64,000 bases of DNA from Cyanophora paradoxa CCMP329 (Eukaryota; Plantae; Glaucophyta). The position numbers and the translations under genes were made by a program. The DNA lies in contig QPMI01000412.1 in the NCBI GenBank assembly GCA_004431415.1, forward strand, positions 71,197-135,196, given 5' to 3'. Shown piece after piece: positions 11,201-22,117 of the stretch. Within the stretch, counting starts at the first letter, position 1. Every line of letters starts with the position of its first letter. The notes beneath the pieces were generated by a model. That model was not told the origin of the DNA and ran no database searches. It saw nothing but the letters and a program-made list of their open reading frames with translations.

Positions 11201-14200
11201 GCGCACCCTCTCCGCCACGGACCTAGAGGAGGGCCTCGCCGCCGCGCCGGTCGCCGCCCTCGCCGCCCTCCGCAAGACCGGCTCCCTCGCCGGCCTCTCC
11301 GCGGCGGCGGCGGGCAAGCTGAAGGCGGCCGGGGGCGGGGGTGCCTCGGGCTCGTCGCTAGAGCCTGAGAGCGGGACGGAGCGCTGGGTGGAGCTCGAGG
11401 ACGGCGACGCGACCTCCCTCGCCCACTCCGCCTACACCGCGTGCGCCCCCCTTTCTCAGCTTCCGCCCGCCCCTTTCTAAGCTTCCCTCCCAGGGCCTCC
11501 AAGCTCTCGCGGGCGGCGAGCGTTCACGTGGTGCCCAAGGGCGCGGGGGCGGCCGGGGGCGGCGGCGGCGGCGGAGGCGAGTGGGAGTTCTGCCGGGCGC
11601 GGGTGACGGGGGGCGGCTTCCCCGTGGTGCAGCCGAGCGGGGCGGCGATGCACCTGGGCGGGGACCTCTACATGCGGCACTACGCCCTCGCCACCGCCCG
11701 CGAGCTCCGCGGCCTCCCCGAGCTCCAGGTCCGTCTCGAAGCTAAGGACTCTGGCTTGCGGGCTCTGACCCGCGGCCGCGCCGCAGGCGACGCCGCGCTT
11801 CATCGACCTGCGCGGCAACGCGTACATCTCGCCGCTGCCGCCGCCGCCGCGGCCCGGGGCGGACATCGTGGGGGAGGACATCGCGGACATCGCCCGCGTG
11901 CTGAAGGCGATCCGCCTCGACTGGGCGGACGCCGGGGGGCACAACCGCCTCTCGGCCGCCAAGTTCGCCGAGCTGCTCCTCCGCCGCGCCCGCGAGCGGC
12001 GGGCCGGCGACGCCGCCAACAAGGTCGACCTCGTGGTCACTGTGCGCCGGCCGGGCCGGGCCGGGCCCCCCGGGCCCCTCGCCCCTGCGCCGCCGCCGCC
12101 CGCTGCGCGCCTCTCACGTCGGTGCGCGCAGGGGTGCGAGATCTCGCTGTGGATCGCGGAGAACTGGGTCTCCGACCTCAAGAAGTGCATGCCGAGCCTC
12201 ACCGTCCTCGCCATCAGCGCCAACAAGGCCCGCCCCGCCCCGCCCCGCCCCGCCCCGCCCCACCCCGAGCCCCTCCATTTGGCTAAGGCGGCGGCTCCTG
12301 GCCCGGGCAGATCATCGACGTGTACGGGAGCAAGCGCGGGGAGAAGGCGGTGGCGGGGTCCGCCTTCTCGCGGCGGACGGCGGACCTCTCGGGGGCGGTG
12401 GGCCTCGCCGTGAGCCACAGCGGCAACACCTTCGCGACGACGCAGGCAACGCTGCTGCTGAAGGGCCTCACCGCCGGCCGCACCTTCTGCCTCGTCCGCA
12501 ACACGGACACCCTCATGTCCAGCATCGTGGGGCAGCGCCTGGACCGGAGCGCGCCGCGGTGCCCGTTCGTCTTCACGAACGGGGCCGGCTGGCGCCCCGC
12601 GGAGCCGAGCAGCGTGGCGGCCGCCGCCCTCCACCAGACCCTCACCGAGCTCCTCCTCTGCCTCGTCCGCCCCGCCCCGCCCCGCCCGCGCCGGCCCCTC
12701 TTCAGAGCTTGCCCGCTGATCCCCCGCCCTTCCCGCGCAGGTCTTCACGTTCGACAGCCTCTCCATCCACGAGCGGCCCTTCGGCATCGTGTGCGCGCAC
12801 GCCTGCCGCCGCGGCCCGCCGCCCCGTGAATCCTGATCATAGCCCGCTGCTGCAGGACGAGCCCGACGGACGCGCACGCGCTGGACTCGCTGGCGCACAC
12901 GACCGTCGAGAAGCACGTGCCCCTCATCACGGGCCGCACCGCCGCCGGCGCCCCCGCCACCGAGCCGGACCCCGAGCACCCGGCCCGCACGCGGCCCTCG
13001 GCGTACCACGCGAAGCTGGTGGAGGCGGGGCGCCGCTGGGGCATGCACGTCATCGAGGCGCCCCTCGTCTGGGCCCTCGCCTCCCTCTACGTCTGGCTCT
13101 CCGTCTTCTTCGGCGTCTCCCTCTTCCGCGTCCTCCTCTCCGGCTACGACCACTGCTCCGGCGGCATCTGCGCCCCGGGCTACGGTCCGCCCCGCCCCGC
13201 CTCCCGCACATCTCTCTGCTTTCCCACTCCCCACTCCTCCGCAGGGCTCGACGGGCGCTACCAGTGGCTGCACCGCTTCCTGGACAGCTGGCTCTACGTC
13301 TGGTGCGTCCTGGCCTTCACACTCCTGCTCCGCCTCGTGCAGCGCCGCCCGCTCCTCGCCCGCCTCGGCCGCCGCACCGTCGTCGTCGGTGCGCGGCCAG
13401 CCGAGCCCAGCCCAGCCCAGCCTAGCCTGGCCTGAGCGGGGCCGGGCGGCAGGGGACGCGCCCTACGTGCACCAGTGCCTGGAGGCCTTCCTCTCCAAGC
13501 TCTTCGCCCTCTCCTACAGGTCCGCAAGCCCTCGGGCTCGGCCTCTCCTACAGGGATCGGCCCGACTGGCGGGGGGCGGGGCGGGGCGGGGCAGCATCGC
13601 GTCGGTGGACGTGCACGGGGGCAGCCCGGCGGACCACCTCGTGCACCGCTTCACCCACCGCGTGGCCCGCGGCGTCCTCCTCGCCGTCGGGCGCCCCGAC
13701 GGCCGCGTGTGCGCCCTCACCAAGGCCGAGTCCTCCACCATGCTCTCCATCTGCCAGGCGAAGGTCCGATCCGCCCGCCCCCGCCCCCTCCCCCGCCCCC
13801 TTCTCCGAGGCCAGCTATCTGTCCCTGCCCCCACCCCCACCCCCGCCCCCGCTCCCGCCGCCTCCCTTCGTCTTGAGCGGGCGCGCTGACCGGTCCTTCT
13901 CCCCGCAGAGCATCCAGAACCTGGGCCGCTCCGGTGGCCCCGAGCTCGTCACTGTGCGTCCTCCTTTTTAAATCGGGCTCTAAATCTGAGGCCGGCGCTG
14001 ACGGTGCGGGGCCGGGGGCAGATCGGGCACAACCCGTGGACGCACGAGCAGATGATCGACACGCGGATCGTGCTGCCGAGCGAGCGGGGCCAGTTCCTCT
14101 GCGAGGCCGTCTCGGGCCTCAAGAGCTACTACCGGCCCCGCCAGCGCGCCCCCTCCATCGTCGCCAGCCTCGGGAGCCTCGCGAAGCGGGCCGGCCTCTC

Positions 14201-15602
14201 CAACCGCGGCGTGCGGCCGGGGCGGGGCCAGGACGAGTCGGTGCACCTCGGGTTCAGCCCCGGGGAGATCATGTCGGCGGGGGCGGCGGCGGTGGCGGCC
14301 AAGGCGGAGATGTCGCGCCTCGAGCTGCTCGTCATGAAGCACCAGTCGAACATCATCGGCGCCGAGTCCATCATCTACTCCAAGGCCCTCGCCCTCTCCA
14401 AGCGCCGCGGCTCCGGATCCGGCGCCCGCCGCGGCTCCGGCGGGCCCGCCCCGCCCCCGGCGCCGGCCCCCACGCGGGCGCAGGCGCCGGCGCCGGCGAG
14501 CCCCGCGCTCAAGGCGACGCCGGTGCACATGAAGACGATCTCCGTGCACCTCGAGGGACCGGCTTCGCTCTGGGCGATCGCGAGCTCGCCGGCGGGCCCG
14601 CCGCCTGCTGCCCGCCGCCGCCGGCCAAGGTGGACCCGCTGCGGGTGACGCTGAGCAGCCCGCGCGGGCCGGGGCCCGGGGCGGCGAGGGCGGCTCCACC
14701 CCGCGGGCCCGCGCCGGCCTGGCGGAGGAGGCGGGCCCGTTCCCCGCCGCGGCCCGCGCCCGCCGAGCCGCCTCGGCGCCTCGGGCTCGGCTCGGGCGGG
14801 CCTGCGGCGCTTCCGGGCGGCGGCGGAGCGGGTGCTGGCGGAGCAGGTGCGGCCTCGGCTGGCGGCGGGGCGGCGGGCGGCGGCGGCGGAGGGCCCCTCC
14901 CTGGGCCGCTTTCAGGCCCTCGTCATGAAGCTCGTCCACGAGCGCCGCGGTGCGCGCGCTCTCGATCGCTTAGACTCCAAAACTTCAATTTATACTCCAA
15001 AAACTTCAGTTTAGACTCCGAAAGCGGGCCCCAAAGTCTGACTGGGCGCGGCGGGCTGGGCAGCGGTGATATCGCCGCACAGCCGGGCGACGCAGCACAC
15101 GTTCAGCGACCTCTCGCTCCCCGTGCAGGCCGCCCTCGAGGCCCAGCAGCCCCTCGAGGAGCTCGCCGAGTCCCGCCTCTTCTCCATGGAGCGGTCCGCA
15201 CCCCCCTCGTTCCTAAGCTTGAGCTCGTGATCATGATCGAACCCTAGCTATCCTTCAGCTTACTAAGTTAGTTAAAAACAATGCTCAGCTCAGCTCAATT
15301 TATCCGATCTCGTTCTGAGGGCGCGGGGTCCGGGGCGCAGGATGGTGGCGTTCATGGTGATGTTCCACGCGATGGCGGCCCGCGTCGCCGCCTTCCCCCT
15401 CCTCGGCTTCGACCTGGCCCGCTCCCAGTCCTCCCTCCGCGTCGCCTCCACCGCCGCCCCCGCCTCGGGCGCCGAGATCGCCCAGGCCCTCGCCGCCATG
15501 GCCGACCGCGCCCAGCGCGCCGCCGCCGAGGCCGAGCGCCGCGGCGCCCCCGCCGCCGGCATCTCTATGGAGCAGGCCCGCCGCCGCCTCTCCTTCGGCT
15601 GA
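8297..15602 (+). CDS. Large GlmS/GFAT-like protein: N-terminal HExxH (M50-like) membrane domain + class II (Ntn) glutamine amidotransferase + two divergent SIS domains with an inserted transmembrane hairpin; more than 20 exons
   Basis: HEWGH (8381-8395); CGNFG (9028-9042); VRGGQAGG; GHTRFAT (9633-9653); THPH; THNGDF; KGDS; ARGSFG; SARGQPM; FGSE; VTGCEIS; VSHSGNT; KLFALSY; stop TGA at 15600-15602. Confidence 0.85.
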
Positions 15603-16378
15603 TCCCCGGCCGCGGCCCCGGACTTAAGCTTTATATTCATAACATATCTTCAAAGGCTTCATTCCTGCGAATGCATATGCTTGCAGCCGATCAGTTAGTT
15701 GATCGGTATACGGACATCACGTAATTATGTCACACAGTGTAACCAATGATTAGTCAGACGTACTGCTTCTTCATGATCATGAGCTCTGCGTGAACATATG
15801 CATGCGCGTGTAGCGGCTTTTCGGAGGGCCCCGGGGCGTGTACATGTGTTTTTCAATTGCAAGTTTCGAATCTCGTCCTGGCGTATATATGTATACGTAG
15901 ACTAGTTCAACGGTTGTGGCATCCAGCGTTAAGTTTCCTTGCCAAATTGCTTGCAAAAACCTGAAAATTGAGGCCTTGCTTGCTCACACTGTGACAGGGC
16001 AAATATTTAGGATCTTGGTTCGCAGGGTGAAATAATATTTAATGATTTAGCCGCTGCGCGGCCCCGATCGCGAGGCCCTTCGAATTCTCAGAGTCTATGA
16101 GACTGTTAACTGTTTCTCTCCAGCTTCGAATTCTGAGCTTGCAATTGCACGCGCATTTTTTGATTTTGCGATTTCTGATAATAAAATTTGAGCGTGCTCT
16201 TGTGATCATGATTTTGTGACTCATGTGATCAGAATCAAATGCAGGATCCGGACATGTACAGACTAGGACCGCTAAGAATTCGATCAGATCGACCGCTAGC
16301 GCTAGGACTAGGACCAGGACCTGGGGCAAGCAGGTCTGCAGGTCTAGGTCTAGGTCTATGGCTAAAGCTCTAGGAGGG

Positions 16379-17673
16379 CTAAAGCTCGCGGGGGCGGCGC
16401 CAGTGCAGAGGGCGGCGAGGCTGCGGAGATGCACGCCGTCCGAGGGCGAGCCGGGCCTCGCGAGGAGGCCCTGAGGCCGGGTCCGAGGGGACGGGGAGGA
16501 TCCGGAGGAAGAGGGTGTGGAGACGACGCTCCTGGCGGAGCAGGACGACCAGCGCAACGAGCACCGGTACCAGCGCCACGAACCCCGGCCCGCAATGCCC
16601 ACGACCCGCCTGCGGTCGCCGCAGTGGCGAGGCCGCCGGGCCGCCGGGCCGCGGCGGGCGCAGCGCACCCGGAGGGGATGGGTTCGCGGGGCGAGAGGGC
16701 GTAGCCCTAGTAGACGGCGCAGGGGACGGAGGCGCAGGAGGCGAGGAGGAAGGCTCGCGTCCCCCTGGGGACGCTCAGGCGGGGGCATGCAGGAGCTGCT
16801 CGCGATCATCGTGGCGGCGATCGTGTATGAAGAAAAGTTTGCTCGGATAGGTCCGGCCAGGCAGGGAGGGGGTTGCCCCCCTCCCCAAGCGCCGCTGTTT
16901 CCAGCGGCTCGGCCGGACCCTGGCGATCTAGTAAGAAAGCGTGTGTGTACATGTGTGTGTTGGGGGGGGGGAGAGAGAGGGGGGGGGAAGAGGAGGGGGA
17001 GGGGGGGAAGAGGAGGAGGGTCCACTGCGGATTCGGAGACTGAGCGGGGGGATCCGGCAGGGGAGCGGGGAAGGAGAAGGCAAGGAGAGGGAGATCTAGA
17101 GAGGCAGGGCAGGCCGGGGAAAATCGGGAGGAGGTCTAGATCTGGGCGGACCGGAGCTGGGGTGAGCCGGAGCCGGATCGAAGGCGGGGGGGGGGGGGGG
17201 GGGCGGGCCGGGCGGCAGCGCACCCAGAGGACGACCACGCAGACGATGGGCGCCTGGTGCGCGCAGCGCGCGGACGTCGCGCTGTGCGACACCAGCAGCT
17301 CGAACAGGAACCGCTGCCGCCCCGCCCGGGATGGGGCGGGGGATGGGGATTGGGAAGGGGGGGGGGGAGGGGGGGAGGGGGGGGGGGGGGGCACCTGGGA
17401 CAGGGAGAAGGAGAGGACGGCGAGGTGAGGAGGGGTTCGAAGATCTAGAGGCGCAAGAGGGCGCGCCCCGCGCGAAGGACGGCGCTGCCCGACGTGCGCG
17501 CTGTGCTCCGTGTACCGCCTGCGCGCGCCGCCCCGGCCGCCGGTGAGGGTGGTCCTGAGCAGGGCCGGGCAGGGGCGGCCCGGCGGGCCCGCGGCCGGGG
17601 CCGGGGCGCGCACCTCTCGAGCGCGGCGGCGGCGGCGGCGGCTGGCACTCATCGGATATCGATCGGACTTCAT
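16379..17673 (-). pseudogene. Possible degenerate or fragmentary membrane-protein gene
   Basis: Hydrophobic segments (IVCVVVLW; FVALVPVLVALVVLLRQERRLHTLFLRILP) with intron-like flanks, embedded in low-complexity purine tracts. No complete ORF could be assembled. Confidence 0.25.
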
Positions 17674-18290
17674 TGCCGCGGGGCGGAAGCGGAGCGTCCA
17701 CTGCTAGGAGATCGCGATCGATATCTGCCAGCCGCGCGGCCGAACGATGGCAACGTAGCGAGGCGGAATGCTGCCGGCGCATATCTGCTAGCAGCGCGGC
17801 GCATATCTAGCAGCTGCATGCGCAGGACTCGCGTACGTAGCGAGGCGAAATACCGACGGTGCCTAGAGGCCTACGAGCCGTCGGACGCGAGCGCCGGCAC
17901 ATGTGCTTGGCGGCCGATTCGCGACGTCGACCCGCGGGGATATGTGAAAGCTCAAAAATGATTAAACAAGCGAGATAATGCGCGGGATGCTGCGAGCGGG
18001 CGGGCTAGGCTGAGCTGGATTGACGGCGGATTCCGCGGGGGGGGATACAGAGAAGTTAGGCGAAAGCTGATGTCAACGGTGGAGAAGCCGGCCTCACCCC
18101 GGCTCGGCCCCGATCGAGCAATGTCGGTAGCAGTAGACGGTCCCGACCGAGCCCGCTCGCAGCTACCGAGCGCCCCGCTCCAGAACGTCTCGCCGTGCGC
18201 CCCCGAGGATGCACTGGAGCTCTGGCCTCGCTAACGAGACGCAGACCGATTCCGTTGTCTCCACAGGGCGGGCGCACTTCTTCAGCCACG

Positions 18291-21200
18291 ATGGCTTTCT
18301 TTTTGTCTTCCCAAGCTGAGGTTCGCGCCCGGGCCCGATCTCTAGCTGCCGGAGCCGGCCAGCCATGGAGCATACTAAAACTGCTCTAGCACATTGGTCT
18401 AGAGCATTTTCATTCATCAGAATAACTCGCCGACGCGAGGGGGCGCTGAAGCACACGCCCGCCGGCGCCTCAAATCGCGAGGCCAGACCAGCCTGCCGCC
18501 GTTGCCCCGTTCGCTCTAGATTTGGTATTTAAGAGGTTCATATAAGACTTTGAACGATATGCGCATCGCGCGGGCCCTTCTTGGTTCGCCCGGGGCGCGT
18601 AACGCGTGCTCTCTGCAGGGGGACTTCGCCTTGCGGATCGTGGGCCTCGTGTCGAAGGAGAAGATGCTCACGTCGCTGCTGACGCTCAAGACGGACCTCG
18701 CCGCACGCCTGCGCGAGGCCGGCGTCTCCATCCACCAGGAGGCGCGCCGGGCGCCCCTCCCCGCGCCCCCGCCCGGGCCGCGCCCGAGCCTCGCCGCAGG
18801 GCCAGGGACTGAAGAGCGTGTACCTGGACGTGCAGTCTCAGATCCAGGTCCTAATCCGGGAGCAGCGGGTGCGCCGGCCCCATCCTCCCCCGCGGCCCCC
18901 GCGCCCCCGCCCACGCGCTCCGCCCCAGATCGACTTCCACAAGCTCATGGTTTCTTTTGATTCCTTTTCTCCCGACGCCTCGCCCGGCGGCCGACCGCGC
19001 GGGGCGCAGGCGAAGTGGGAGACGCTGAGGGCGGAGTCGGTGCAGAACCGGGCCCGCTTCCAGAGCGCCGTGGAGCTCCTCGCCGACGAGAAGTGCCCCT
19101 CCCGCGTCCGCGGTGTCCTCGAGCGGTGCGCCGCGCCGCCCGCCCGCCCGCCCGCCCGCCGGCCCACGGCGCCGGCAGCTACTTCTGCTGGAGCGTGCAC
19201 ATGGAGGCGATCCTGCGCGACGTCGCCAGCGCGATGCCCTACGCCTCCCGCCAGCCGCCCCCCGCCGAGCCCCTCGCCTCCCCCTCCCGCGTGCGCCCCC
19301 GCCGTTCCCCGCCCCCCCCGCCCCCGCAGCGCCGACCGCGCCTCACATACGCCGGCCGGCCCGGCCCCCGCAGGTGTACATCGTGGGGGTCAGCACGGGC
19401 CAGACGCCGATCGCGTGCCGGCCGGTGGAGCGGGGGACGCCGCAGAAACGGCAGGAGCAGGCGTGCGAGCCGGCGGAGCTGCCGGAGGGCCTGCGCGCGA
19501 GCGGCAAGGAGGAGCTCCTCGTCTCGATCTCGGGGCAGCTCTGGGAGCTGATCGGGCGGGAGGGGGCCCTCCTCGACGCCTTCTGCGACCTCGCGCGGGA
19601 GCGCACGGAGCTGCGCGCCGCCATCGCGCGCCTGCAGGCCGAGCACGGCACGATCATGGCCCTCGTCGAGACGCTGCGGCGGGACTGCGAGGGCCTCGCC
19701 TCTCAGGCGCGGCGCATGCGGGAGGAGCGGGACGCGGCGCAGGACGAGCGGGCGCTGCTCGTCGCCGCGAACACGGACCTGCGCAAGGCCGCCGCCGCGC
19801 TGGAGAGCCGCAGCGCCTCGCTCGAGGCGCGCCTGATGGAGGGCGAGGCGGCCTCCCGCGGCGGGGCCGAGGCGGCGGCGCCGGGCGCCGCCGCCGCCGA
19901 AGCGGAGGCCCTCGAGCGCGCCCGCCGCCGCGCGGAGGAGGAGCGCACTGAGGCCCTGCAGAGGCGCGCCGCCCGCCCCGCCCCGCCCGCGCGACGGCGG
20001 CGGCCTGACGCCGGGGCGCGGCGCGGCAGGCTGGAGCGGGCGCGGCGGGAGAGCGAGGAGCGCTCGCTGGAGATCCGGCGCCTGCGGGAGGAGCGCGAGA
20101 CGGCGGGGCGGCGGGCGCAGGCGGCGGTGGAGGCGCGGCGGAGCCTGGCGGAGAAGCTCGACGCGGCGCAGCGGCAGGCGGACCAGCGGGGCCGGCGGGC
20201 GGAGGAGCTGGAGGCGCGGCTGCGGCGGGCGGAGGAGGACCGGAGGGCGCTGGAGGCGGCGCTGGAGGAGCAGGCGGGGGAGCGGGAGCGGGCGCTGCGG
20301 GAGAAAGAGCGGGCGGAGGCGGCGCTGCGGCACCTGCGCGGCATCGCCACCAGCGCCTACAACGCCTCCCCCGACGTCTCCCCGCCCCGCTCCGTCTCCC
20401 CGCGCAAGCCCACCCACCGGGAGCGGGAGCGGGAGCTCCCGCCGGCCTGGGGGCCCTCCCTACCCCTCGACTGGTCCGAGCGCATCGCCAACACGAGCCC
20501 CAGCCGGCGCGCCCCGCCCCCTGCCCGCCGCGCTCCGCCCGCTGACGCGGCGCGCAGCGTCCGCTTCGCGTCGTCTTTGGCTGCCCCGCCGCAGGCCCCG
20601 GCGCCGCCTCCGCCGCCGCCGCCGCCGGCGCCGGCCCCGGCCCCGGTCCCGCAAGCAGCGCGTCGGCGGCGGCTGCTGCCCGCGACGCCGTGCTCGCCCT
20701 GCGCCGGTGCGCCGCGCCCCGCCGAGTCGCATCGCGGGTGCCGCCTGACGGGCCGCAGGGAGGAGGCCGCGCGCGCAGCCGAGGCGGCGCGCGCCGCGGA
20801 GACGGCCCGCGCGCTCGAGGCGGCGCGGGCGGAGGCGGCGCGCGCCGCGCAGGCGCCGCTGCCCGTGCCGGCGATCGCGTCGAAGTCGCGCGGGGTCGCC
20901 GGCTTCGTGCCCGCCCCGTCAGCGGCGGCCGCCACGGTGCGATCTGCCGCCCCTGCAGCCTCTCTCCCCGCCGGCGGCGCGAGCGGCGGGCCCCGCGCAG
21001 CTGCGGGGCTCGGGTCGTACGTGTCGACGCGGATCTCGGCCCCCACGGCGGCGGCGGAGGAGGCGAAGGCATTCGTCCCCATCGCCAACCGCCACGGCTC
21101 CTGCGTGCGCATGCGCCCGGGACGGGCCGCGCCCGGCCACCCCCGGCTCCGCGCCGAGCGTCGGGGCGGGCGCAGTGCTTCAAGACGAGCGGGAGGGCGG

Positions 21201-21879
21201 AGGCGGCGCAGGCGTGCGTGGCGTGCGGGCGGGCGGGCTGCCAGGAGCTGGAGGGCCCCCGCCCCCGCGCGGCGCCGCCGGCCCGGCGCGAAGGCGGCCA
21301 GCGACGACGAGGCCTTCGCCGTGCGCCCCGCCCGCCCGTGCCGCCGGCCCCGCGCGGCCGGCCCGGGCCGACGCCGGCGCGCGGGCGCAGTCGACGCGGC
21401 GGGAGGAGCGGACGCGGCGGAAGGTGAGCAACGAGATCGTCGCCGGCGCCGAGTACGCCGCCTACGCCCGCGAGGTGCGCGGGGCGCGCGCGAGCGGGGC
21501 CCGTGGCCTGGCCCGCACCTCCTCACCTCACGCCACCCGGGCGGGCAGTGGGCGCGCGAGGGGGCGGCCTCGGCGCGGGCGCGGGGCGTGGAGGGCGCGA
21601 TGCTGGTGGAGGTCACGGGCGCGTCGCTCAAGCCGACGTCGACGATCGTCTCCCCGAACCGCATCCTCTCCAACCGTGCGGCCCGGCGAGGCGGCCCGGC
21701 AGAGGCGGGGCCCTCGCTGAGCCGAGGGGGCGGGGGGCAGGGATCGAGGAGGTGAACTCGGCGCTGGCGAAGCTGGTGGCGAGCCCCACGCGGGCGCCCG
21801 TCGCGGGGCGCGCCTCGGCCTCCTCCACCTCCACCATCCCCGACGAGATCTGGGGCATCCCCCGCTACCCCGGCCTCTA
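18291..21879 (+). CDS. Uncharacterised coiled-coil protein, multi-exon (start uncertain)
   Basis: Exons GDFALRIVGLVSKEK..., AKWETLRAESVQNRARF..., long E/R/A heptad region (19.4-20.4 kb), ends DEIWGIPRYPGL* at 21879. Confidence 0.7.
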
Positions 21880-22117
21880 GCCTCCCCTCCTTTCCCTGCC
21901 CTGGGGCTCGTCGCCCTTCATGGCCAGTGGATAGCTTGAAGCGGGGCGCCGCGGTTACACAGTCGGCGCCCCATAAAGTACACAGCGCGTTTCCGCGCTA
22001 TCGCAGTGGGCATGCTCTCCCCTGCACCCCGTAATGTAAAGCAACGGAGAGCGGTTTGGTTCAGAACAGAAAGGGGCGCTGCCCGGCGAGGCGCACGGTG
22101 CGCGTGCGGGGCGGGGG

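Noticed and set aside
16260-16360. Telomere-like repeat (TAGGAC/TAGGTC)
   Set aside because: Only a few imperfect units, internal, and not matching TTAGGG-type repeats.
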